A stretch of 64,000 nt of DNA, from positions 64,001-128,000 of the forward strand of contig JANQNK010000004.1 in NCBI GenBank assembly GCA_028279595.1, read 5' to 3'. A program made the position numbers and the translations under genes. This stretch comes from Thermoplasmatota archaeon (GTDB taxonomy: Archaea > Thermoplasmatota > JAKEGO01). Under the pieces are notes generated by a model, which saw only the letters and a program-made list of their open reading frames with translations, ran no database searches and was not told where the DNA came from. Of the stretch, positions 1 to 9,293 are shown piece after piece. Numbering within the stretch: position 1 is the first letter of the stretch; each line of letters opens with the position of its first letter.

Positions 1-2
1 TC

Positions 3-3000
3 GACGACCTGGAGGGGACGATCTCGAGGAAGAGGGCGGAGATAGATGAACAGATGGCCGAAGAGTCCTCCCGCATGGCAGCGGAGCTTGAGGAGAAGCG
101 CGAAGCGGCGAAGGCGGGGATACAGCGCGAGATAGACGAGCTCGAGGCCTCGGTCGAGACGAAACGACAGGAAGTGAAGGACCGTATCGCCGATGAGACG
201 GCAGACATCGAATCATACCTTCAGGAGAAGAAGGACGAGTTCGAACGTTTACAATCATCAATGGAGGAGGAGGTCGAGAAGGCTACCGAGGAGCGGAAGC
301 GACTCATCATGGCCAAGGTCTCCAAGATCAAGGAAGCTGCCGAGAAGCAGAGGGAGCAGCTAAGCGCCGATATCAAGGAGCAGAAGGCAGAGCTCACGAA
401 GCTCAAGGAAACGATAGTGCGGGGCCGTGGTGAGCTGGACCGGCTCAAGACCGAACAGGCGGCTGCGGAACGCGATATCGAGGCGGCCGTCGAGGAGAGA
501 AGGGCCGCCATCACCGAGGAGCTGTCCGGGGTTGAGGGAGAGCTCCAGGAGATGACCTCGAAGAGGGAGGAGGCCCAGCAGGAGCTCGACGAGATCAATT
601 CCGGCATCAAGGAGCGGCGGGAGGCCGTCTCCAGGATCGAGGGTGAGCTCGACGAACGCAAGGCGGCACTGCAGATAGAGCTCGATGAGATCGATACCGC
701 CGTTGAGGAGCGGAAGGGCGAACTCACGGGCGAGATCGAGGCGCTGGAGGCCACCCTCGGGGAGAAGCGCGAGGAGGTAAACGGACACCAGAGCCGCCTC
801 GCCAAGCTCAAGAGGGCCATCACGGACCGCGAGGACGAGATCGAGGCCGAGCTGGCGGACAAGCGGAAGGCGGCCGAGGAGGAGAAGACCGCGCTGGAGG
901 AGGAGCTCACCGGCCTTCGGCAACAGGCGGAGGAGAAACGCAATATCCTCGTTCAGAAGGTCAAGAAGATCAAGGTCGCAGCCGAGAGTCAGAAGGCGAA
1001 GATCAACGAGTCGATCGAAGAGCTGAAGTCCCAGGAACAGGAGATGGCCGATTCGGTGGAGGTAGCCAAGGCGGAGCTTGCCGAGATGGCCGGAAGGAAG
1101 ACAGAGCTGGAGACGGAGGTGGCCGGCCTCGAGGGAACCGTTGAGGAGAGGAGCCAGGCCCTCGATGAGGAGCTCGCCGAGGTCAAGAAGGGCTTCGCGA
1201 GGAAGAAGGCCGCCATGGAAAAGGAGATCGCGGAACTCGAGGAGACCTCCAAGGAGAGGAAGGCGGACCTCGAGATCGCCATCGTCTCACTGGAGGAGGA
1301 GCTTGCCGAGAAGCGCGAGCCCGTAGAGAGGGAGATCGGTGAGCTGAAGGAGGAGCTGGCGACACTCAAGTCCGAGGCGGTCGAGAGGAAGAGGACCAAG
1401 GACGAGCAGATGGCGAAGCTCGACAAGCTCAAGCGCGCGATCGAGAAGAGGCAGGCCGCCGTGGACGAAGAGGTCACGGGACTCCAGGAAAAGCTGGAGG
1501 AGACCAAGGGATCCCTCGAGCGGGAGATCCAGGAGACGGCGGAGGCGGGGGAGAAGGAGAAGAAGCTGCTAGAACTCAAGCTCAAGAAATTGCGCGGGAT
1601 CGCCGAGGAGAAGAAGGCCGAGATCGAGGAGCGGATCGCAGGGATGGAGGCCGAGGCCGAGGAGCGGAAGGCCGAACTGGAGACGGAGTTCGGCGACCAC
1701 AAGACCGCCCTCGAGGAGGCCCAGAAGACCTACGATGAACAGAAGGCCAGCTTCGAGGAAGCGCAGGAGCGCGCAGAAAGCATCAACGAGAAGATCACAT
1801 CACTCAAGGAGACGCACTCGAAGTTGAGGGCGATAATCTCAAGGGACACCGAGAAGGCGTCAGGCCTCAAGGCCGAGCGCGAGAAGCTCAAGAAGGAGAT
1901 CGAGGAGAAGCGCGAGGAGATCGAGGCGGTCCGGTCCGAGCATGGCACGGCCCGCAAAGAGATCGACGCGAAGCTCAAGGAGCGGGAGTCGGAGCTCGAG
2001 AAGAAGGAGGCCGAGATCGACGGCCGGATCTCCAAGAAGAAGGCCGAGGTCACGGATGCCCTCGAGAAGCTCAACAAGCTCAAGGCCAAGCTCAAGGTCG
2101 AGAGGTCGGAGATCGACGACCTCAAGGACCAGATGGGTTCGGAGGCCGTGAAGGTCAAGGCCCTCGAGGAGGAGCTGGCCGAAAAGGAGGCGCAGATAGC
2201 CGAACGCGAGGAGCGCGTCGCCTCGGACAGGAAGAAGCTCTCGGCAATGAAGGACCAGGTCATGGAGAAGGCCAAGGCCATCAAGGCCGGTCAGGGGAAG
2301 AGGAGCGAGAAGGCAGACAACATTTCGGCCGACCTACTTGCCGCAAAGGCGGAGATCGCGACCCTGAAGGATGCGCTGGCAAAGGCCAATGCGACCATCG
2401 AGGAGATCTCGGGAACAGTCAAGGAGGCTATCGAGAGCGCCGGGGAGGACAGGGCGAGGCTGACCGGCGAGCTCGCCGAGAGGGAGAAGGAACTCGCCAA
2501 GAAGGAGAAGGACTTCGCCGAGAAGGACGCGAACACGAGGCAGCGCCTCAAGGACGAGATCGAGAAGCTCAGGGTCCGGAAGAAGGCCCTGGATGACAAG
2601 GAGAGGAGCAACGAGGAGCAGACGGAGAGAGCCTCGAACGCTCTCAGGAAGGCCAAGGCGAAGGAAGTGAAGTACGATCAACTCATGCAGGAGATGGGCG
2701 AACCCGAGGAGCTCGAGAAGCTAAAGGAGACGCTCGAGAAGGTCCAGAAGGCCCACGACGAGGCTATCGAGGAGCTCAAGGGAAGGAAGAAGTCCGCCAG
2801 CGAGGAGATCCAGGCGCGTAAGGACGAGCTTGCGGCCCGGGAGAAGGAGATCATCGACCTGGAGAACGTCCTAAGGGAGCGCCAGGGGATGGTCGAGGGC
2901 TCAGAGGAGCACATGTCGAAGCTCCGGAAGAAGGAGAAGGAGCTTGCCGAGCGCGAAAGGGACATAATCGAACTGGAGAAGGTCCTGCGGGAACGCCAGA

Positions 3001-4538
3001 AGGTGGTCGACGAGGACATCGAGGAGAGAAAGGCCTCCGTCGACGGGGACGCGAAGTCGCTCGAGGACCAGAAGAAGATGCTCGAGGACAAGGAAGCGGA
3101 GCTCGCCGAACTGGAGAGGGGCATCAAGGAGCACGAGGAGACCTTCGAGAAGGAGATCAAGAAACGGGACGATCTCCTGAAGGAAAAGGAACGCGACCTC
3201 AAGAGGCGCGAGAAGGCCCTGGAGGAGGGCGAAGCGCAGCAGGTCAGCGAGCAGGAACGTGACACTATCGAGAAGCTCGCCGAGATCAGCGTCCAGAACG
3301 ACGAGCTCAAGGAGAGGGCCGACGAGGCCGAGAAGAACGCGAAGTTCCTGGAACTGGAGCTCAAGAAAGCCCAGGACGCGAAGGAGGCAGAGATCGAGAC
3401 CCTCCGCGAGGAGTACGAGGCGGCATCGTTGGACGCGGGTGCGGCCGATGGAAAGCTCAAGGAAGAGATCGAGAAGCGCGACGCGCGCATCGCCAAGCTC
3501 AAGGAGGAACTCGACACCGTGGAGGAGAGATACACCTCCACCGGAAGCCTCAACGCAAAGATCGAGGCCTTGACCCGCATGCTTAAGAACGCCTCCGAGG
3601 AGGGCGGCATCGACAAGTCTACGGTCGACCGTGTCGAGAAGACGCTCAAGGAGGTGCTGTCGCACGAACTGGACGAGCGCACCGAGGACATGGAGAAGGT
3701 CGAGAAGGGTCTGCGGGACAAGATCGACCAGCTCGAAGCGCTTGTGGAGGTCGAACGCGGCGAGTGCACGAACCTCCGTCAGCAGCTCGAGGAGATGGAG
3801 AACGAGATGACCGACAGGGTCCTCGAACTGAGGAACGAGCTGAAGACTGCCAAGGCCGGAGGCGGCGAGGGCGACTTCGACGAGGAGACCGTCCGGAGGA
3901 TCATGGGCGAGCTCGAGGAGTTCAGGGAGGACCTTGACCGGAGAGAGGCCGAGCTCGCCGAGCGAGAGGCGGCCGGAGGCGGGGCGAGCCCCGAGATGGT
4001 CGAGGCCATGGAGACGCTCAAGGCGGAGCTCGAGGAGAGGGAAAAGGCCCTCGAGGCGAAGGAGGAAGAGCTCGTCGAGCGCGAGAGCAAGATACCCGAG
4101 GTCATCCCGGAGGGGGAGATCGACGCTAGGACGAAGAAGATCCTCGACGCCGAGAAGGAGCTCAAGAAGAAGGCGCAGGCCTTCATGAAGAAGAAGGCGC
4201 AGTTCGAGAAGAAGCACAAGGAGATCGAGGACATAGACAAGAAGATCAAGATCCGAGAGGAAGCGCTCGAGAAGGACAAGGCGCTGCTCGAGACCCAGCG
4301 AGACCTCCTCGGTGACGTCAAGAACGTGAGGAAGGTCATGAAGGAGAAGGCCGAGGAGGTCGGATCCGTCGCGGAGGCGGTCGAGGAGATGTTCGGGGCG
4401 ATGTTCGAGATCTCCGCAAGCGATTCCCTCGAGGACGCCGAGAAGAAGGAGCAGATAGACTCGCTCAAGGAGGACGTCGCAGCACTTCTGGCAGCGCTGA
4501 AGGACGTCGGACAGAACCTGAAATCGGGTTCAGCGTGA
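3..4538 (+). CDS. Giant coiled-coil protein, 5'-truncated by the window edge
   Basis: The frame is open from nt 3 (DDLEGTISRKRAEIDEQM...). E/K/A/L-rich heptad sequence over ~1500 aa, with no SMC signature or Walker B motif at the C-terminus. Confidence 0.85.
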   Translation, partial: DDLEGTISRKRAEIDEQMAEESSRMAAELEEKREAAKAGIQREIDELEASVETKRQEVKDRIADETADIESYLQEKKDEFERLQSSMEEEVEKATEERKRLIMAKVSKIKEAAEKQREQLSADIKEQKAELTKLKETIVRGRGELDRLKTEQAAAERDIEAAVEERRAAITEELSGVEGELQEMTSKREEAQQELDEINSGIKERREAVSRIEGELDERKAALQIELDEIDTAVEERKGELTGEIEALEATLGEKREEVNGHQSRLAKLKRAITDREDEIEAELADKRKAAEEEKTALEEELTGLRQQAEEKRNILVQKVKKIKVAAESQKAKINESIEELKSQEQEMADSVEVAKAELAEMAGRKTELETEVAGLEGTVEERSQALDEELAEVKKGFARKKAAMEKEIAELEETSKERKADLEIAIVSLEEELAEKREPVEREIGELKEELATLKSEAVERKRTKDEQMAKLDKLKRAIEKRQAAVDEEVTGLQEKLEETKGSLEREIQETAEAGEKEKKLLELKLKKLRGIAEEKKAEIEERIAGMEAEAEERKAELETEFGDHKTALEEAQKTYDEQKASFEEAQERAESINEKITSLKETHSKLRAIISRDTEKASGLKAEREKLKKEIEEKREEIEAVRSEHGTARKEIDAKLKERESELEKKEAEIDGRISKKKAEVTDALEKLNKLKAKLKVERSEIDDLKDQMGSEAVKVKALEEELAEKEAQIAEREERVASDRKKLSAMKDQVMEKAKAIKAGQGKRSEKADNISADLLAAKAEIATLKDALAKANATIEEISGTVKEAIESAGEDRARLTGELAEREKELAKKEKDFAEKDANTRQRLKDEIEKLRVRKKALDDKERSNEEQTERASNALRKAKAKEVKYDQLMQEMGEPEELEKLKETLEKVQKAHDEAIEELKGRKKSASEEIQARKDELAAREKEIIDLENVLRERQGMVEGSEEHMSKLRKKEKELAERERDIIELEKVLRERQKVVDEDIEERKASVDGDAKSLEDQKKMLEDKEAELAELERGIKEHEETFEKEIKKRDDLLKEKERDLKRREKALEEGEAQQVSEQERDTIEKLAEISVQNDELKERADEAEKNAKFLELELKKAQDAKEAEIETLREEYEAASLDAGAADGKLKEEIEKRDARIAKLKEELDTVEERYTSTGSLNAKIEALTRMLKNASEEGGIDKSTVDRVEKTLKEVLSHELDERTEDMEKVEKGLRDKIDQLEALVEVERGECTNLRQQLEEMENEMTDRVLELRNELKTAKAGGGEGDFDEETVRRIMGELEEFREDLDRREAELAEREAAGGGASPEMVEAMETLKAELEEREKALEAKEEELVERESKIPEVIPEGEIDARTKKILDAEKELKKKAQAFMKKKAQFEKKHKEIEDIDKKIKIREEALEKDKALLETQRDLLGDVKNVRKVMKEKAEEVGSVAEAVEEMFGAMFEISASDSLEDAEKKEQIDSLKEDVAALLAALKDVGQNLKSGSA

Positions 4539-4549
4539 GAACGGTCCCA

Positions 4550-5194
4550 TCATTCTACTGGAAGTATCTCCACTGTGACAGTGGATATGATCCTCTTTGC
4601 CCATTGAAGCTTGGCCATCTTGATCTCGGGGTCCCTGTGATGTGAGTGCTGGCCAAGGATGTCGAACCTGAATCCTGCCAGCCGGATGGAACGTGCACCG
4701 AGTTCGTCGGCTAGCATCACCGCCCGGTCGCCGTCAGTGAATCCTCCGAAGTTCCTAAGGGAGCCGAACGGACGTACCTGGGTGGTCCCGCATACCTTTC
4801 CATGGAACTCCGGGACGTACTCCTCGAGCGATCGAACATTGTCGCCGTGCGCATGGATCACGATCCTCTTGCCCGCCTCGCTGCACCTGATCTGGTCCTC
4901 GACGTCGCCGTCGAGGTCGGTGACCACGATGTCAGGGACGAACCCATAGTCGAGAAGGGGTGTCGTGGCTCCGTCGGCTGCGATCAGTACGCCGTCGGTC
5001 GGTGGTTCCGATCCCAGTGCGGCGCCGACGACGATCACGTCCCTTCCGCCGATGAGCTCCTCGACCGCAGACCAGTCGCATGTCGTGTTCACCATCCCAT
5101 CGAGCAGCTCCGCCGCTCTCCTGTCGGCCTCGGTGTCGAAGCCGAACTCCTCGACGATCCGTCCGTAGAGGTCCATCCATTCATCGATCCGCAT
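4550..5194 (-). CDS. mptE: 6-hydroxymethylpterin diphosphokinase MptE-like (DUF115)
   Basis: W..LY..I..EFGFD..AD, IAADGA, PDIVVTDLDG, HAHGDN and NFGGFTDGDRA motifs. Confidence 0.85.
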   Translation of the reverse strand: MRIDEWMDLYGRIVEEFGFDTEADRRAAELLDGMVNTTCDWSAVEELIGGRDVIVVGAALGSEPPTDGVLIAADGATTPLLDYGFVPDIVVTDLDGDVEDQIRCSEAGKRIVIHAHGDNVRSLEEYVPEFHGKVCGTTQVRPFGSLRNFGGFTDGDRAVMLADELGARSIRLAGFRFDILGQHSHHRDPEIKMAKLQWAKRIISTVTVEILPVE

Positions 5195-6470
5195 TCCGGA
5201 CCTCCTCCACTATCCTCCGCTTCTTCTCCGCCGATCCCGCGGCCGCTTGAGCAAGGGCCTCTTCGATCTCGCTAAGGTCGGGTGTTCCGAGGGCGACCAC
5301 CCTCTTCAATGGTGTATACGGCTCCTCGCGGAACGAGGGCTCGACCCTCTTTCGTTCGTCTCCGAGGAGCACATGGCCCCCGCCCTGTCCCACGGTTCCG
5401 ACCACATGTGCCGTTCCACCACCGGTGAGGATCGCCTCCGAGACAAGATCGACCGCTTCCATGGGAACGGCCATGAGTATCGAGTCCGTGGAGACACCCA
5501 TGTGGTCGATCCCGAGGCCGTCAAGCATCCCGAGGACCGTTGGGTCGACGCATCTCCTGAGCGCCTCTGGGTCGAGATGGATGTCGATGTCCCTTCCGTC
5601 GACGAGGTCGAGGGCATCCCCCCTGATACCGCCGTTGGTAACGTCGACCATGGCGTGTATGGTGCCAAAATGGCCCCTGACCGATGATATGTCGCGATGG
5701 AAATCGATATTGAGGGTCCTTCCGACGACCTCGGGAAGGCCGTTGTAGATAGCCGTCGTCGCGATCGTGCCCCCGCCACGGCCTGCGGTCATGAGAAGGG
5801 CGTCTCCGACCTGGATCCCTGACCTGGCCATAAGGTCATCGGCGTATCCTACTGCTCCGACGCTGCCGGTCAGGCGGGTTCCGAGGACCATGTCGCCGCC
5901 GATGCGGAGGGTGCTCCCGCCCGCGACCGGAACGCCCGTGAGCTCGGAGACCGCGCCGATGCCGGCGACAAGGTCGAAGACGCTTCCAACGTCTCCGTCA
6001 TTGGCGATATGCACGTCGGAGGTCATGGCAAGGGGATCGGCCCCCATCACCATGACGTCGCGGAGTGCAGCCCTCGCGGCGTGGAAACCGGCCAGGAAGG
6101 GGAACCTGGACAGGCGAGAATGTATGCCGTCAACGCTTGCCACCATGTGACCGTCTCCGAGAGGGAAGGCGCCAGAATCGTCCATATCCTTCGGTGCTAT
6201 CGTCAGACCGGAGGTCGGGAGCAGGGACGCGATGAGGCGATGGATGATACTGTCGCCGGCGCCACGGCACCCGAGGCCCGATCCTCCCGCAGTGAGTCCT
6301 GACACGGATGGTACGGCGATCTCGAGGGAGCCAGCGCTCTCTGAGAGCGATATCTCCTCGAGGAGTGCGTCGAGGGCGTCCGGACCGATGGCGTCCTTCA
6401 GACGTTCCTTGAGACCGGCGTCCTTCCCGTCCGCGCGAAGGTACTGGATGGCCAACTCCTCGATGTCCAT
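5181..6470 (-). CDS. AIR synthase-related protein (PurM/HypE/ThiL superfamily, archaeal MJ0640-like)
   Basis: GLGCRGAGD, DDSG, VDGIHSRLS.FPFLAGFH, RAALRDV.VMG, GGSTLRIGGDMV and DVTNGGIRGDA motifs. Confidence 0.8.
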   Translation of the reverse strand: MDIEELAIQYLRADGKDAGLKERLKDAIGPDALDALLEEISLSESAGSLEIAVPSVSGLTAGGSGLGCRGAGDSIIHRLIASLLPTSGLTIAPKDMDDSGAFPLGDGHMVASVDGIHSRLSRFPFLAGFHAARAALRDVMVMGADPLAMTSDVHIANDGDVGSVFDLVAGIGAVSELTGVPVAGGSTLRIGGDMVLGTRLTGSVGAVGYADDLMARSGIQVGDALLMTAGRGGGTIATTAIYNGLPEVVGRTLNIDFHRDISSVRGHFGTIHAMVDVTNGGIRGDALDLVDGRDIDIHLDPEALRRCVDPTVLGMLDGLGIDHMGVSTDSILMAVPMEAVDLVSEAILTGGGTAHVVGTVGQGGGHVLLGDERKRVEPSFREEPYTPLKRVVALGTPDLSEIEEALAQAAAGSAEKKRRIVEEVRNADR

Positions 6471-6479
6471 GCGAAGCCC

Positions 6480-7565
6480 TCAGAACCTCCAGTCGTCGAC
6501 CGCGGTCTGGGGGATTATGTGTTCCTTCAGGTAACCGTGCCCGATGATGCCGATCGAGGCGATGACCATCGCCGTCACGATGCTCCAGAAGATGCCGATG
6601 ACCGTATCGGACGTGGAATAGTCACGAATGTACTCGTAGAGACCGAGGGTCCCGTTCAGCAGGAAGCCGAAGGAGAGGAGGGCGAAGGAGACCGGCCAGA
6701 TCGAGTAGTCCTTCTGGTCCAGTCGAAGGTAGTCGTCCAGGACCTTGCCGAACACGATGAGCCATACCCCTCCGATGAAGAACCAGATGGCCGCCTTGAA
6801 GAAGAGGATTATCAGGTGTTCGAGGTTCTCGGACCCGAGGCTGTCAGTATATCCGAACAATATCCCGAGTACGATGAAGAAGAGTGCGAACATGTAGATG
6901 TATACGGAGATCGCACCAGTTCGCACGGCCTCCTTGGCGTCCTTTCCCAGGTTCATCACCAGGTTCTCGAGCCGGAATGCCCAGATGAACAGCGTGATCC
7001 CTATCATGAAGACGATCGCGCCGGTGCCCAGCTCCGGCCTTCCGGCGAAGGCCGCCATCGACCATAGTATGCAGGCCATGGCCAGAGGGATCATGACCCT
7101 CTTCCTGGCCTTCTCCTCCATCATGGTCTTCTTGATCATGTAGTAGAACGACTCGAAGCGCTCGCTCTGCTGGACTATGACCCTGACCTTCCGGTCGATT
7201 ATCACCCTTGATTCGATGATCGGCGCGATGGCCTCGTCCTCGGCGCCGTCGTCGAACAGTATGACCGACTTCGGTTTCAGGCGCTTCAGGACAGATTCCA
7301 GCTCGGTCTTGATCTTCTCGTCCGATTCCCGGCCGATGTTTATCGAGCCGCATATCGTCACTATGGAGACCTTCTCGCCCTGGGCCTTGAGGGTGTCATA
7401 CTCCTTGATGGCTGCGAAGAGGGTGTTCGCGTCTGAGTCCTCCGGGTCCGCCATGATGAGCTTCTCGGCTGCAGAGAAATTGTTACGTCGCCCGACTATG
7501 GGCGTGCTGACACCCGCCTTCTCCCCGAAGTCGTTGTCCCTGTCAACGCAGAGGATCAACCTCAT
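6480..7565 (-). CDS. DUF373 family membrane protein
   Basis: LILCVDRDND.GEKAG..TPI.GR, DPEDSDAN, DGAEDE and VQQS motifs, followed by multiple TM helices. Confidence 0.85.
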   Translation of the reverse strand: MRLILCVDRDNDFGEKAGVSTPIVGRRNNFSAAEKLIMADPEDSDANTLFAAIKEYDTLKAQGEKVSIVTICGSINIGRESDEKIKTELESVLKRLKPKSVILFDDGAEDEAIAPIIESRVIIDRKVRVIVQQSERFESFYYMIKKTMMEEKARKRVMIPLAMACILWSMAAFAGRPELGTGAIVFMIGITLFIWAFRLENLVMNLGKDAKEAVRTGAISVYIYMFALFFIVLGILFGYTDSLGSENLEHLIILFFKAAIWFFIGGVWLIVFGKVLDDYLRLDQKDYSIWPVSFALLSFGFLLNGTLGLYEYIRDYSTSDTVIGIFWSIVTAMVIASIGIIGHGYLKEHIIPQTAVDDWRF

Positions 7566-7747
7566 CGATGAATAGAGGGAGACTGTCGTATATTAAAATT
7601 ACCTCGTTTTCTGGACTTATGGAGGGTTTACGGGATGGACGGTTATGTTGGGTCCGCATTGGTACATGCTAGTTTGAAATGGTGCGGGCCCACCAGGCCA
7701 CTCATAGAAAGATATTTAGCATTGGAGGAAATACCATTGGCGATACC

Positions 7748-8566
7748 ATGAGATGGAATGTCATAGCGTTGACGCTCATTGCAGCGTTCTCACTCGTGCT
7801 TGTGAGCATGATCGGTGTTGTAGTAGCGCAGGAGGAGGGAGATCCGCAGCTATCCTACAAGCAGCCAACACTCTATATGAAATCGGACTCCGATGACGAT
7901 AGTGGCCGCATGTGGATGGATGCGAACCCAGATATGAACGGGAGTGTGGCGAGCCACACTTCACCCAACACACTTGGTTCAGGCACACATGGGGAGACCT
8001 ACAACCAGGATCCGGCACTGGATCACACCCTATACCTGGATCCATCAGCAGGAAACCTCGTTATCCATCTTCACATGGCGAGGTACGACTCCGGCACCCA
8101 CGACACCACTGTCCACTTCCAGCTCTCGGCGGGCAACATTGCTATCAACGCTGAGGTTCCAGAAGCCGAACCCGACCATTGGCATCTCGAGACCAACCTG
8201 AGCGACGACCAAACCGAGATAGCATCGGATACTACGATAACATTCTCATGGGACTACGACTTCTCGGGATCCGGCCAGTACGAGATGTGGTGTGATGGTT
8301 CGAGCTACATCACATTCCCTGTGGCCAAGGACACCGACAACGACGGCACTCCGGACACCATGGACGATGATGATGACAACGACGGTTATTCCGATGAGAA
8401 GGAGATCGCCGCGGGAACCGACCCGCTCGATCCAAACAGCAAGCCGAGCGGCGGCGGAGGCGGAGGAGATGACGACGAGAGCAGCAATCCTCTGCCCGGG
8501 TTCGAGAGCCTGATGGTACTGGCTGCCGCACCCGTCGCGATCATCGCGTTCAGGCGCAGGTTCTGA
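7748..8566 (+). CDS. Secreted surface protein with TSP3-like Ca-binding motif and PGF-CTERM sorting signal
   Basis: Signal peptide from ATG 7748 (track starts at 7679); DTDNDGTPD..DDDDDNDG; C-terminal LPGFE-TM-RRRF. Confidence 0.8.
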   Translation: MRWNVIALTLIAAFSLVLVSMIGVVVAQEEGDPQLSYKQPTLYMKSDSDDDSGRMWMDANPDMNGSVASHTSPNTLGSGTHGETYNQDPALDHTLYLDPSAGNLVIHLHMARYDSGTHDTTVHFQLSAGNIAINAEVPEAEPDHWHLETNLSDDQTEIASDTTITFSWDYDFSGSGQYEMWCDGSSYITFPVAKDTDNDGTPDTMDDDDDNDGYSDEKEIAAGTDPLDPNSKPSGGGGGGDDDESSNPLPGFESLMVLAAAPVAIIAFRRRF

Positions 8567-8570
8567 TCCA

Positions 8571-8605
8571 AGTCCTAGGCAGGACTATAGGGACCAGGGT
8601 CCCTA
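8571..8605 (+). terminator. Two adjacent hairpins after the stop codon (possible 3' structure or terminator)
   Basis: agtcct-aggc-aggact and tagggacc-ag-ggtcccta directly after TGA at 8566. Confidence 0.35.
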
Positions 8606-8843
8606 CCGAGGGGCCCACCATCCTTACATCTCAATAGTAGATCTAGTTCTTCTTCCGTACCGTCTACGGTATGCATACGACCTCCCATTGGAGAACTCAG
8701 AGACGTGGAAAGTCATTGTCCTGACCTGCTGGCGTTTTGACAGTTCGCGCTAGAACTGGAATTGACGGTTAGCACGGTTCATTCGGATGCATCAAATTCT
8801 AACCTTGAGAATGAGCCCTTTTTCCCACTTTTATAAAAAAGGT

Positions 8844-9173
8844 GGAACCGGGTCAAGGACATAAGCCCCCTTCTGTTCACCGGCCAAGGCCGGCTGGCGG
8901 CATTTGACTTAGCGCCCTACCCGCATCAAATGCAACTTGGGCTTGCTCCAACGGGGTCGGCCGTTTCATCAAATCCCGGCGGAACCTCTCCGCCAACGCG
9001 GTTCATAGTACACCCGCCGGGCTGTGTCGTTTCTGCTCCGTCGCGAATGCGCCCGTCCAGGACGGGGCCTGGCCTCTCGACCAGCGGAAGTGAATCCGCC
9101 CGCTTTTAAGATGGAGGGGGGACTTTCCTCAGCGCCATACGGCACCGTCAGCCGCCCGCCTTCTCCCGGTTCC
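8844..9173 (-). ncRNA. rnpB: Archaeal RNase P RNA
   Basis: The minus strand reads GGAACCGGG...GAGGAAAGUCCCCCC...GCAGAAACG...GAUGAAACGGC...GGAGCAAG...AACAGAAGGGGGCUUA...CCCGGUUCC. It has the P4 pseudoknot halves, complementary ends (P1), an upstream TATTTAA at ~9197-9203 and a downstream U-rich tract. Confidence 0.95.
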
Positions 9174-9293
9174 GGTCCCGAACGGACGGAGCGGCCTTAA
9201 ATAGGTGTCGATGTACGCGGGGTCATCGTACCGGATTTACCGTAAACTATTTGGCTACGGTCATCTACTCATCGAATTAGAGGAGGTGTCAGT

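Noticed and set aside
221-4468. Long Ser-rich or Leu-rich antisense ORFs (also 9261-11123, 40820-41623, 55472-56698 and similar)
   Set aside because: They are shadows of E/K/D-rich, GC3-biased sense genes and have no protein motifs.
3-4538. SMC/Rad50 call for the giant coiled coil
   Set aside because: No hinge, zinc hook, LSGG signature or Walker B in the visible part.
4550-6470. Evidence for methanogenesis from mptE and the AIR synthase-related gene
   Set aside because: Both also occur in non-methanogenic archaea, and no mcr or mtr genes are present.
8606-8843. Hidden gene or RNA in the AT-richer gap before rnpB
   Set aside because: Only very short ORFs and no convincing structure were seen.
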